From an uncultured Candidatus Binatia bacterium (GTDB lineage Bacteria > Desulfobacterota > Binatia > Bin18), in contig OZ243961.1 of NCBI GenBank assembly GCA_965214605.1, positions 1,088,001 through 1,152,000 on the forward strand: DNA of 64,000 nt. The letters run 5' to 3'. The position numbers and the translations under genes are program-made. The notes below the pieces were generated by a model that saw only the letters and a program-made list of their open reading frames with translations, was not told the DNA's origin and did not search any database. Below are positions 39,370 to 49,027 of the stretch, in pieces (within the stretch, counting starts at the first letter, position 1; every line of letters starts with the position of its first letter).

Positions 39370-39906
39370 TCACTCCAACATCAGCCCTGAGCGGCACGCC
39401 TGCTCCAGCGCCAGTCGCCGCATCGAAAAGCGGTCTTTTTCCTCGGCGCTCATCTCGGCAAACGTGCGGGAGCTACCGGTAGGCTGAAAGATAGCGTCCC
39501 AGCCAAAGCCATGGCTGCCGCGCGGGGACGCAACAATGCTGCCAGAAACGCTACCGGCAAACACCCAGCAGTCGACTCCATCGTGATAGCCGAACACAGT
39601 TGTCGCAGTTGCCACACGGTCAGTGTCCAGCAGACGGCACAGACCCTCGTTGCCCAGGCTTTGCAAAAACCAGGTGATTAGGGCGCCAGGCAGGCCGTTC
39701 CAGGCATCAAAGGCCAGGCCGGTGTCCTCAACCAAGACCGGACGTTGGAGAGCGCTGTAAGCGTGGGTGGCTTTATGCCGTACGACCGGCTCTAGCTCGA
39801 CGGCCTGTATTTCGTCGAGGTGGAGCGGCTGGTGTGCCACAGCACGGCCGAGCAGGCGCTCCACCTCGGCGGCTTTCGCAGCGTTGGCGGTAACAAAGGT
39901 GAACAT
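39370..39906 (-). CDS. non-canonical purine NTP pyrophosphatase (Ham1/ITPase)
   Basis: FVTAN..K, EIQ, VEDTGL, GLPG, FGWDAIF. Confidence 0.88.
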   Translation of the reverse strand: MFTFVTANAAKAAEVERLLGRAVAHQPLHLDEIQAVELEPVVRHKATHAYSALQRPVLVEDTGLAFDAWNGLPGALITWFLQSLGNEGLCRLLDTDRVATATTVFGYHDGVDCWVFAGSVSGSIVASPRGSHGFGWDAIFQPTGSSRTFAEMSAEEKDRFSMRRLALEQACRSGLMLE

Positions 39907-40451
39907 CAGTCCGCGGTGTCGGTCGGCAGCCAGTAGCGTTGCCACTCATCGAGGTGAGACAAGGTGTGCAGCGAGTCCATGCGGTCGACATACACCTTAC
40001 CCTGCAGGTGATCATACTCGTGCTCGATGACGCGGGCATGAAAATCTTTGGCCACAAAATCAAGCGGCCGCCCGTGGCGGTCCAGCGCTTGGACGCGCAC
40101 CGCGGTGTGACGTCTGACCATCCCCCGTAGACCCGGGATACTCAGACAGCCCTCCCACAGTTCGCCTCGCTGCTCAGACAACACGCTCAGCCGAGGGTTG
40201 ATTAAAACCGTCAGCGGAACCGGCGACACGTCGGGATAACGGGGGTGTTTGTCTACTTGTAGGACAGCAAGCTGCCGCGACACATGCACTTGGGGTGCCG
40301 CCAAGCCGACCCCGATATACTCGTGCATGGTTTCGATCATATCGTCAATCAGGCGCTGAAACTCGGCATGTGGAATGTGCTCGGGCAGGACGAGCTGCGC
40401 GGTTTTCCGTAACACCGGATGTCCTAGACGGCAGACTTTTAGAATAGCCAT
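39906..40451 (-). CDS. def: peptide deformylase
   Basis: GVGLAAPQV, EGCLS, HEYDHL. Confidence 0.96.
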   Translation of the reverse strand: MAILKVCRLGHPVLRKTAQLVLPEHIPHAEFQRLIDDMIETMHEYIGVGLAAPQVHVSRQLAVLQVDKHPRYPDVSPVPLTVLINPRLSVLSEQRGELWEGCLSIPGLRGMVRRHTAVRVQALDRHGRPLDFVAKDFHARVIEHEYDHLQGKVYVDRMDSLHTLSHLDEWQRYWLPTDTAD

Positions 40452-40464
40452 GTTACAGCATCGC

Positions 40465-41121
40465 TCAGGGACGCCTCCGACGCTGGCTACGGCCCTGGTG
40501 GGGACGTTGAAAGGCCAACACCCGATGCCCATGTCGATACTGGGTGACCAGCGTGGCTAGGGTCTCACGATCGATCAGAATACAATCCTCACGTCGAGCT
40601 AGCGTCCGGGCACGGAGACTAAACGGTTGGTTAGCCAGCACCAGCGCGCCGTCACACCCCTGGTCCTGACTAGCGGTCAGTGCCTCAATGACCACGTTTT
40701 CCGTCAGCGGTCTAGTGTGTCGGAACACACGGCCTAGCAGCCGGTCGGCGCCTCGGGTCAACAAAACATCGGCCCCGGGCGAGTTAGACCGGACCAGCGG
40801 AGTAACCTCATAGCCCTGGGCCCGCAACAGGTCGGCCGCATAGCGAGAAAACTCGGTATCCGACATGCTGTCCAGCTCGTGCAGCCGCTCACTCCGCTCA
40901 CGTTGTCGCGTATAGCTCTTCCACACAATCCAGATACCGAGCCCACCGCCCATCCACACCAGGGCACTTATCCAGTTGCCCTGGAGGGCGGAGGTGGCAA
41001 AGACAAAAAGCAAGAAGAGCGCGGTGCCTTTGATCAGACGCGTCCGGGTAGTCTTTCCCGGCCGTGCCTTGTGGCTGAGTTCAACAGCGCGGGACGGTTC
41101 CTGCATAGCTTCCTCAGACAA
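40465..41121 (-). CDS. membrane-anchored Mrr-like restriction-endonuclease-fold protein
   Basis: Two N-terminal TMs; F..Y.ADLLRAQGYEV, GADV, NQ.FS..AR.LA...LIDRETL. Confidence 0.72.
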   Translation of the reverse strand: MSEEAMQEPSRAVELSHKARPGKTTRTRLIKGTALFLLFVFATSALQGNWISALVWMGGGLGIWIVWKSYTRQRERSERLHELDSMSDTEFSRYAADLLRAQGYEVTPLVRSNSPGADVLLTRGADRLLGRVFRHTRPLTENVVIEALTASQDQGCDGALVLANQPFSLRARTLARREDCILIDRETLATLVTQYRHGHRVLAFQRPHQGRSQRRRRP

Positions 41122-41207
41122 GACGGTCAGTTATTACACGACTATTAGCCAGATATCCCAGCAGGAGAAAGAAATCAATCGGGAAAACAGAGACACGTGC
41201 TCGCGGG

Positions 41208-42131
41208 TCAGCATTGTGTCGTCAGCACGACCCCACCAATCACTAAGAGTGTTCCAAACACATGGACGGCGGTGATCTGCTCACCAAGAAACACTACTGA
41301 AAACACGAGCACGATGACCGGAATGAGATTCATGAACACGGCCGCCCGATGTGGGCTGATATGCGTCAGGGCTTGATAGTACAACAGATTGGTCAGTGGC
41401 GAGAGGACACACAAATAGGACACAGCCGCAATCAAAATCGGACTGTACTCAAAGGCGGGCTGGAACGGCTCCTCAAAGAAAAAGACCGGGAGCAAAACTA
41501 CTGAGCTCACCAGGTAGGCGCTGGCCGTCGCCGCAGTGGGCGAGCGCTGGCGTAAGGCAATCCGGCTATAGACAGTATACACCGCCCAACTGATCTGGCC
41601 GATCAGGATCAGTACGTCACCCCAGTTGAACGAGCGCTGGAGCAGATTTTCCACCGACCCCTGACAGATGATGGCCACCAGGCCGATGGAGGACAAGACG
41701 ACTCCGGCGACGTTGAGCAGACTGAGTTTCTCCCTCAAAAACAGCCAGGACAGCAAGGTCACCCAGATTGGCGTTGCGGCGGCCAAGATGCCGGCGTTGG
41801 ACGACGTCGTCATCTTCAGCCCAACATAGAAAAGCCCGCCCGAAGCCAAGACCCCGCTAAAGGCCATGATCAGACTACTCTTGGGGTCTTTGCGGATTTC
41901 ACGCCACCAGTCCGGGTCTGACTGCCAGCCTAGGAGGTTGAGGACCAGGGCTCCAAATATTGTCCGGACGGCCATCAGAGTGAAAGTTCCGACCAGGGTC
42001 AGAGCGAATTTTCCGGCCGGGAAATTCCCAGCCCACAGACTGATGACACCGATGAGCAGGAGGTAAGCCACAGGCGAGCCGATGTCCTTTCTGGCGGCGG
42101 TGTGGGGGAAAAGGTATATGCTGGCTGGCAC
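41208..42131 (-). CDS. DMT/EamA family transporter
   Basis: About 10 TM; LWAGNF, FLREK, LGEQI. Confidence 0.88.
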   Translation of the reverse strand: MPASIYLFPHTAARKDIGSPVAYLLLIGVISLWAGNFPAGKFALTLVGTFTLMAVRTIFGALVLNLLGWQSDPDWWREIRKDPKSSLIMAFSGVLASGGLFYVGLKMTTSSNAGILAAATPIWVTLLSWLFLREKLSLLNVAGVVLSSIGLVAIICQGSVENLLQRSFNWGDVLILIGQISWAVYTVYSRIALRQRSPTAATASAYLVSSVVLLPVFFFEEPFQPAFEYSPILIAAVSYLCVLSPLTNLLYYQALTHISPHRAAVFMNLIPVIVLVFSVVFLGEQITAVHVFGTLLVIGGVVLTTQC

Positions 42132-42169
42132 AGAGACAAGCCAAGGGGCGCACCACGCACCGATCCGCT

Positions 42170-43777
42170 TCAGCCGTCTTCGAGGTCGGCCACAATCTCG
42201 GTCAGCCAGCGCGGATCAAGTTCGGGAACAGAGGCCACGAGCCGCTCGGTATAAGCGTGCTGGGGACGGGTCAGTACCTCGCGGACTGGACCGCGCTCTA
42301 CAATACGGCCTTGGTGCAGGACGAGCACCTCGTCGGCCAGAGATTTTACCACGCTTACATCGTGGCTGATGAATAGATAGGCCAGGCCAAGCGCTTTTTG
42401 TAACCCCTGGAGGAGCCGCACAATCCCCTCGGCAACAACAGGATCAAGCGCCGAGGTTACCTCATCACACACGACGACATCGGGTCGGGCCGCCAGGGCA
42501 CGGGCGATGCACAAGCGCTGCTTTTGGCCGCCCGAGAGTTCGGTGGTCCGGCGCCCGGCAAAAGCGGCGGGCAGCTCAATCATGTCTAGCAGTTCGGCAA
42601 CCCGCTTTTGCCGGACCCGACCTCTTAGTCCAAAATAGAATTCCACCGGCCGGCCAAGGACGCGGGCGATCGTGTGGCGGGGATTCAGTGCCACATCGGG
42701 CATTTGGGAGATCAGCTGCACCCGGCGCAGGGTGTCACGGCTGCGTTGGGTGTAGGACGTAGGGAGCGGCTGGCCGTCAAAGATCACAAGCCCTGACTGA
42801 GTTGGCAGCAGGCCGCTCACTACCCGGGCCAGCGTACTCTTGCCGCTGCCGGACTCCCCGACCATAGCGACGGTCTTTCCACGTTGGAGACAAAAACTGA
42901 GGTTGTCAAGAACAGGGGTTCCGGGGCGATAGCTCGCCCGCAAGTTCTGGCACTCAAGCACGACCGAGCTTGGGCGTCGAGACTGGCTGACCGTCCGTCG
43001 ACGCCAGGTGGCAAGCAAGCGACGAGTATAAGCGCGTTGCGCTCGGTTAAGAATATCTGGAGTGGACCCTTCTTCAACAACACGGCCGTGACGTAACACG
43101 GCGATCCGGTCTGCCAGCTGGGCGACTAGCGCCAGATCGTGACTAATGTACAGCGCGGCGGCACTGCGAGACCTGATGATCTTCTTGATCGTCACCAGGA
43201 CCGCGATTTGAGTCGTCGCATCCAGGGCCGCAGTCGGCTCATCAAAAATGATGAGCTCAGGGCGGCCCGCCATAGCCATCGCTAGCATGGCACGTTGGAG
43301 CTGGCCACCAGACACTTGATGCGGATAGCGCGTGCCGATTGTCGGTGGCAGGGCCAGCTGGGCGTACAGCCGGGTGACGCATTTGCGTGCCTCACGGGGG
43401 GAGAACAGACCGTGTTCGAGGGACGGCTCAATACACTGGGTCAGCAAGCGATGGGCGGGATTAAAAGACGCCGCCGCGCTTTGTGCAACATAGGCAATCC
43501 GGCTCCCACGGAGCTCGCGCAACTCAGCCTCGACCAGCGTATGGAGATCTCGTCCATCAAAGACGATGGAGCCCCCTGCAATACGGCAGCCGGTGCGACT
43601 ATAATACATAGCGGCCAGACCAAGTGTCGACTTGCCAGCTCCAGACTCTCCGATGATACCGAGCACTTCTCCACGATCAATGTGCAGATCAATCCCGTGT
43701 AGGATGGTCTGTCGTTGGCTGGCAACCCCTTCGACCTGTAAGTTGCGGATAGTGAGGAGGCGTTCCGACATCGTCAT
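42170..43777 (-). CDS. peptide/nickel-type ABC transporter, fused double ATPase
   Basis: Two Walker A motifs (GESGAGKST, GESGSGKST), SGGQ signatures, DEPT and DEVT. Confidence 0.94.
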   Translation of the reverse strand: MTMSERLLTIRNLQVEGVASQRQTILHGIDLHIDRGEVLGIIGESGAGKSTLGLAAMYYSRTGCRIAGGSIVFDGRDLHTLVEAELRELRGSRIAYVAQSAAASFNPAHRLLTQCIEPSLEHGLFSPREARKCVTRLYAQLALPPTIGTRYPHQVSGGQLQRAMLAMAMAGRPELIIFDEPTAALDATTQIAVLVTIKKIIRSRSAAALYISHDLALVAQLADRIAVLRHGRVVEEGSTPDILNRAQRAYTRRLLATWRRRTVSQSRRPSSVVLECQNLRASYRPGTPVLDNLSFCLQRGKTVAMVGESGSGKSTLARVVSGLLPTQSGLVIFDGQPLPTSYTQRSRDTLRRVQLISQMPDVALNPRHTIARVLGRPVEFYFGLRGRVRQKRVAELLDMIELPAAFAGRRTTELSGGQKQRLCIARALAARPDVVVCDEVTSALDPVVAEGIVRLLQGLQKALGLAYLFISHDVSVVKSLADEVLVLHQGRIVERGPVREVLTRPQHAYTERLVASVPELDPRWLTEIVADLEDG

Positions 43778-43788
43778 TGAGTATCACA

Positions 43789-44445
43789 CTGAAAATTTTG
43801 ATTGATCAACACCTACCCACAGCATTGTCACCGGTTCATCCTCGTTTGAGCTCGCAGCCGGGATATCTGAAACTGCTGACCTCCGGAAAATAGACCTATT
43901 AGCTGTTTCCAATTGCCCAGACCGGGATCGTTCGGTCAGCTGCGCAAGCGATTTGAGCTGAACGACCAGTTCGAGGAGTGACTGGTGTGGAGCCATCCCC
44001 CGAGGTGTTTCGTCTGACCAGCAGTAAATGCAAGGCCAAATACCTCCGGAAACTCAGCACAGAGCATCTGTCCTGCGAGGTGCTAAAGCTGACAGACATT
44101 CGCAATCCAGATAAAAGTCGAAGATCGCTCAAGCTCCTCCAGATAGAAAACCCAGGCTTGCTCAATGAATTGGCCAGCTCGCTTGAGATGAGCAAGGAGA
44201 TCGTCACACAAGATCTTGATCTCTTGGAAAAAAGCGGCGAACGCCTCAAGCCCCATGCGTTCGTATTTTTGGCAAACGTATACCGCAAAGCTGATAGCGA
44301 CGCCGGTGAGGAGTCACAGGTCAGCTTGTCTGGTTTTGCGCTCAAATTCGCCTGTAAGCAGGTCCGCAAACCTGATACTTTTTCGGAGTACCAAGGCGCG
44401 ATGTGGGAAGCTATGAACAGAGAAAATTGGCTTTCTTTCACCCTC
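43789..44445 (+). pseudogene. AAA ATPase (AAA_14 + DUF4143 type) pseudogene inserted antisense in the ABC operon
   Basis: Frameshifted pieces LKILIDQ, IVTGSSSFELA..ISE, PEVF, DIRNPDK.RR.LKLL, LNELASSLEMSKE.V..DLDLLEKS, GAMWE. Confidence 0.7.
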
Positions 44446-44518
44446 GGCGTACAGAAGGCGACCCCTACACCTGGGAAAAGAGGCTCCACACAGGCGTGCA
44501 ATAGGCGGCCCGCCTCTC

Positions 44519-45346
44519 TCAGTTATGAGTCGAACCGCCCGTTGAGGGCGATAACCAGTCAACAACCAGATTGACGCCGACCGTGAGTAGCGCAATCGCG
44601 GCGGCCGGAAAAAACGGGGCCGCTAGTCCAAACGGAATCGCCCCCGCGTTTTCGCGGACCATAGTGCCCCAATCGGCCGTCGGTGGCTGAATGCCTAGGC
44701 CAAGAAAACTGAGCGAACTGATAAACAGGAATACAAAGCAAAAGCGCAGACCAAATTCTGCCAGTAGCGGTCCAAACGTATTGGGCAACATCTCGTAGCG
44801 GACGATCCACCACCATCCCTCACCCCGCAACCTGGCCAACTCGACAAACTCCATCACCGCCACGTCCAGGGCCAGGGCTCGCGATAACCGGAAGACACGG
44901 GTAGCGCTCACCAGGACGCTCACCAGGACGACGGTCGCCGTCGAAGGGTTCAAAATCGACAGCAGCACCAAGGCGAGAATGAAGCTGGGAATAGCCATCA
45001 ATACCTCAACCACCCAGCTGAACAACGTATCGAGCCAGCCGCCAATAAGGGCGGCCGAGGAGCCGGCGACAACGCCGAGGACGAACGCCAACAGAGTCGT
45101 GAGCAGGGCTACTGAAACAGTATTGCGAGCGCCGTACAATAAACGCGACAACAGGTCTCTGCCAAGCTGATCCGTTCCAAACAACGCCGAGCGGCTTGAC
45201 GCCTCCCACACATCACCGATGACCTCGGTTTCGCCATACGGAGCCAGCACCGGGGCCAGCACCGCCGTCCCGAGGTAGACGACAATCAAGCTCAAGCCAA
45301 GTCTAGCGCTCAGCGGCACGGCTACGAGACTACGCAAAACAGACAT
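44519..45346 (-). CDS. ABC transporter permease (DppC-like)
   Basis: FGTDQLGRD, EAA-like loop EFVELARLRG, LSFLGLG.QPP..DWG. Confidence 0.93.
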   Translation of the reverse strand: MSVLRSLVAVPLSARLGLSLIVVYLGTAVLAPVLAPYGETEVIGDVWEASSRSALFGTDQLGRDLLSRLLYGARNTVSVALLTTLLAFVLGVVAGSSAALIGGWLDTLFSWVVEVLMAIPSFILALVLLSILNPSTATVVLVSVLVSATRVFRLSRALALDVAVMEFVELARLRGEGWWWIVRYEMLPNTFGPLLAEFGLRFCFVFLFISSLSFLGLGIQPPTADWGTMVRENAGAIPFGLAAPFFPAAAIALLTVGVNLVVDWLSPSTGGSTHN

Positions 45347-45348
45347 GG

Positions 45349-46302
45349 CTAGCTGCTCTGACGCAGCCGAGGATTACTCAGCATGACCAACACATCGGCT
45401 GTGAGGTTAAGCACCACGTACACCGAGGCAAAAATTAGGCCGCACGCCCGCACCACCGGTAGGTCACGTTTGGACACCGCGTCGACCAACAGCTGACCGA
45501 GTCCGGGATAAACGAACACCACCTCGACCACCACCACCCCGACGATCAAGAAGGCCAGGTTTAGGACAATGACGTTCATAATCGGCGACACCGCGTTGGG
45601 CAGGGCGTGGTAGACAATAATCCGGCTCGGAGACAGCCCTTTGAGCTGAGCCATTTCAATATACGAACTCCGCAGCAAGTTCAGAATCGCCGCTCGGGTC
45701 AGCCGTACCATATGGGCGCTGACGACCAGGCTGAGGGTCAGGACCGGTAGACTGAGGGCGTACAGTTTGTCGGCCAGCGACATACCGGGAGAGATAATCG
45801 ACACCGCCGGAAAGACGTGCAGCTGGACCGCAAAGACGGCCGTGACAAGATAGGCGATAAAAAAATCCGGCAGCGAAATCGTGCCCAGGCTAATAATCGA
45901 CAGGACTTTATCAATCCACCTCTCGCGGTACACCGCGGCCACAACGCCCAGGCTCAGGGCCAACGGAACCGCAATCAACGCGGTCACCGCCGCCAGCAAC
46001 AGGGTGTTGGCCAAACGCCCACCAATCAGTTCGGTCACCGCTCGCTGATTAGCCAGCGAGGTGCCGAGGTCGCCACGGACAAGAGCTGTCAGCCAGTCGA
46101 GGTAGCGGACATGCGGCGGTTGGTCTACACCTAGCTGGCGACGCAGGGCGGCGACCGTGTCGGGCGTTGCCGACTGGCCCAGCACCGCTTCGGCTACATC
46201 ACCCGGCAGGACCTCCAGCCCAAGCGATAGGATAAGCGAGATGACAAACAGGGTCAGCAGGCCAAGGGCCAGCCGTTGGGCGATCAAGGCCCGCAGATTC
46301 AT
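45349..46302 (-). CDS. ABC transporter permease (DppB-like)
   Basis: LPGD, GDLGTS, YIEMAQLKG, HALPNA, VEVVF.YPGLG; ATGA overlap with the binding-protein gene. Confidence 0.93.
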   Translation of the reverse strand: MNLRALIAQRLALGLLTLFVISLILSLGLEVLPGDVAEAVLGQSATPDTVAALRRQLGVDQPPHVRYLDWLTALVRGDLGTSLANQRAVTELIGGRLANTLLLAAVTALIAVPLALSLGVVAAVYRERWIDKVLSIISLGTISLPDFFIAYLVTAVFAVQLHVFPAVSIISPGMSLADKLYALSLPVLTLSLVVSAHMVRLTRAAILNLLRSSYIEMAQLKGLSPSRIIVYHALPNAVSPIMNVIVLNLAFLIVGVVVVEVVFVYPGLGQLLVDAVSKRDLPVVRACGLIFASVYVVLNLTADVLVMLSNPRLRQSS

Positions 46303-47885
46303 GGCCCGCCGTTCTCCCGTGCCCACCACCAGCGCTCGGCACACTTGCCGCCGTCAAGCTCCCGATGGCTGGCTAACTGTCCGAAGCGCAGCCGCCGGTC
46401 GACGGCACACACATCGGCGGCAAACAGCGGAATAATAGCCCCACCCTCATCCCGCACAATAGCCTGCATCTCGGCGTACTGCTCAGCGCGTTTTCGCTCG
46501 TCCAATTCCGCCTGGGCGGATCTCAGCAGCCGATTAAACCGTGGATGGCTAAAATGTGTGTCGTTCCAGGCCGCACCTTGGGCATAAGCGGTTGCAAACA
46601 TCAGACCTACGGTCGGCTGGCCGTTCCATGAACACACGCAAAAGGGCTTTTTGAGCCACACGTTTTTCCAATATCCATCGGCCGGCTCGCGGACGATCTC
46701 GATAGGAATACCCGCCTTTGCGGCGTGTTCCTGATACAGCACAGCTGTATCGACCGCGCCGGGAAAAGCGGCCTCCGAGGTGCTCAGCCGCAGAGCTGAA
46801 GAGCCCAGCCCGGCGCGCCGCATATGAAACCGGGCGCGGTCCGGATCGTAGCGCCGCTGTGCCAGGTGGGCGGCAAAATAGCGCTGCCCGTTCCTGATCG
46901 GATGATCATTACCAAGGCTGCCATAGCCGCGCAAAATGGTGCGTAACAGGGCCTCTCGATCTATGGCATATTTGAGCGCCAGGCGCGCATCGACATTATC
47001 AAACGGCGCGACATCGGTATGCATGGCCAGAGAGTAGTGTTTCGTCCCACGGGTTTGCAGCACCTGAATGCCGGGCAGGCGTTTCAAGAGATGCAGGGTT
47101 TTCAGCTCGCAGCGGTTGATGACGTTAACCTGACCGGTTTGCAGGGCGGCGGTTCGAGCGTTCACATCGGAAATGGCCAGCATTTCTATTGTCTCAAAGT
47201 GAGCACGGCCGGTCTTCCAGTAGTTGGAATTCCGCCGGGTCAGCGAGCGGACGCCGGGCTCAAACTGAACCAATTGATAGCCACCGGTCCCCAGGCCGGT
47301 CGTGACATCGCTGCGGTGAGGCTGAATCGTCAGGTGCACGTCGGCCAGCACAAACGGAAAATCGGCCTGACTGTCCTTGAGATCAAAGATCACCCCAGCC
47401 TTCCCATCCGGACGGATGCGGCGAATGTTGTCCAGCAAACTTTTTACCGGCGAGATCGAACTCTCGCCCCGATGATGGTTGATCGAGGTGACCACATCGA
47501 CGGCCTCAAGGGTTTTGCCGTTGTGAAACTCAACACCCCGTCGCAGTCGAAAGTACCATACTCTGGCATCCGAAGAGGCGTCCCAGCTCTCGGCCAACTC
47601 GGGTCTGGGCTCACCCTGTTCGTCTATCTCGACTAGAGTATTACGTAACTGGCCAAAAGACAGCAGGGTCATAAAGGCGTCTGATATACGGGCCGGGTCG
47701 AGCGAGTCGCTAGTGAAGCCACCCGAAATCCCCATCCGTAATTGACCGCCTTTCTGCGGAGTGATGGCACGCGCCTGAGCCAACAGTTCGGGGGCGGCCG
47801 AGGCCAGCCCTAGGGCCGCGACCGAGGCTAAGAACTGCCGACGGGACAGCGGGCTTGGAGCGGACGTGGCGGTCGACATAGGCAT
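46299..47885 (-). CDS. ABC transporter substrate-binding protein, family 5, Tat-exported
   Basis: SRRQFL twin-arginine signal; LAESW, FHNG, GTGGY. Confidence 0.93.
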   Translation of the reverse strand: MPMSTATSAPSPLSRRQFLASVAALGLASAAPELLAQARAITPQKGGQLRMGISGGFTSDSLDPARISDAFMTLLSFGQLRNTLVEIDEQGEPRPELAESWDASSDARVWYFRLRRGVEFHNGKTLEAVDVVTSINHHRGESSISPVKSLLDNIRRIRPDGKAGVIFDLKDSQADFPFVLADVHLTIQPHRSDVTTGLGTGGYQLVQFEPGVRSLTRRNSNYWKTGRAHFETIEMLAISDVNARTAALQTGQVNVINRCELKTLHLLKRLPGIQVLQTRGTKHYSLAMHTDVAPFDNVDARLALKYAIDREALLRTILRGYGSLGNDHPIRNGQRYFAAHLAQRRYDPDRARFHMRRAGLGSSALRLSTSEAAFPGAVDTAVLYQEHAAKAGIPIEIVREPADGYWKNVWLKKPFCVCSWNGQPTVGLMFATAYAQGAAWNDTHFSHPRFNRLLRSAQAELDERKRAEQYAEMQAIVRDEGGAIIPLFAADVCAVDRRLRFGQLASHRELDGGKCAERWWWARENGGP

Positions 47886-48025
47886 AGCTTGGGTGGCGGA
47901 CGGGCCTCAGTCTGAGGCGTCTTTTGTCAGGGGCGTCACCGGGCTATGATAGTCAAAACTCGACAAGGGATATAGGGCCTCGGGCGTGAGGCCAAGAACT
48001 CTACCAAGAGGCGTTTAGGTCATCC

Positions 48026-48973
48026 GTGCCTTCCCCTCCAGATTCACCGCTGACGCCCTTTTTAGCTCGCAATGGCGTCTTGATTGTCGACGGGGGGCTG
48101 GCAACCGAACTCGAAGCGCTCGGCTATCAGCTTCCCGATGGACTGTGGTCAGCCCGCCTGTTAGACACAGCGCCTCAGGCTATTCAACAAGTCCATGCCG
48201 ACTATCTGGCGGCCGGCGCCGATTGCATAATCACCGCCAGCTATCAGGCCAGCCTGCCCGGCTTTGTAGACCACGGCTACAGCCAAAGCCGAGCCGTTGA
48301 GCTGCTTCGCACTTCGGTCGAGCTAGCCCTGAACGCGCGCGAGTCGTTTTGGTCCAAGGCCGGCAATCGGCCCAGCCGTCTGCGGCCGCTAGTTGCGGCC
48401 AGTATAGGTCCCTACGGCGCCTATCGTGCCGACGGTTCTGAGTACACTGGCCAGTACGGCCTGAGCGAGGACGAGTTGGTCACTTTTCATCGGCAGCGCT
48501 GGCAGCTCTTCGTCGCCAGCCAGGCCGATCTGCTGGCCTGCGAAACGATTCCCTGCGCGCTGGAGGCTCGGGCCTTGGCCCACCTGCTGAACGAAACGCC
48601 GGACAGCCGGGCCTGGGTCAGCTTCAGCTGTCGGGACGGACAGCACATCAGCGACGGCACGCCGCTGGCAGAAGCCCTGGCCCCGTTTGTTGACCTCCCT
48701 CAGGTGGTCGCGCTGGGCACTAACTGTACGGCCCTCCGCTATGTTTTGCCCCTGCTTGAGACGCTTCACAGCGTCACTGCCAAGCCGCTTATCGTCTACC
48801 CCAATTGTGCTCAGGGCTATGACAGACAGACACGGCGGTGGGGGGCGTCCCTCCTGGCCTGCGACTTTGCGGCCGCTGCTCAGACCTGGCAGCAAGCCGG
48901 AGCGGTGCTGATCGGCGGCTGTTGTCGGACCACGCCAAGCCATATTGCAGCCCTCCGCGCCCGCTTGGTATAA
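48026..48973 (+). CDS. mmuM: homocysteine S-methyltransferase
   Basis: DGGLATELE, LWSA, SIGPYGA..ADGSEY, ACETIP, GTNC, GGCC. Confidence 0.9.
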   Translation: MPSPPDSPLTPFLARNGVLIVDGGLATELEALGYQLPDGLWSARLLDTAPQAIQQVHADYLAAGADCIITASYQASLPGFVDHGYSQSRAVELLRTSVELALNARESFWSKAGNRPSRLRPLVAASIGPYGAYRADGSEYTGQYGLSEDELVTFHRQRWQLFVASQADLLACETIPCALEARALAHLLNETPDSRAWVSFSCRDGQHISDGTPLAEALAPFVDLPQVVALGTNCTALRYVLPLLETLHSVTAKPLIVYPNCAQGYDRQTRRWGASLLACDFAAAAQTWQQAGAVLIGGCCRTTPSHIAALRARLV

Positions 48974-49027
48974 GACCGGACAGCAACCCTATCCGTAGCG
49001 TCACGGCTGGTGTCGAGGGCGAACGGG

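Noticed and set aside
43899-44501. 200-aa minus-strand ORF inside the ABC operon
   Set aside because: Antisense to the recognisable AAA-ATPase remnant; no motifs.
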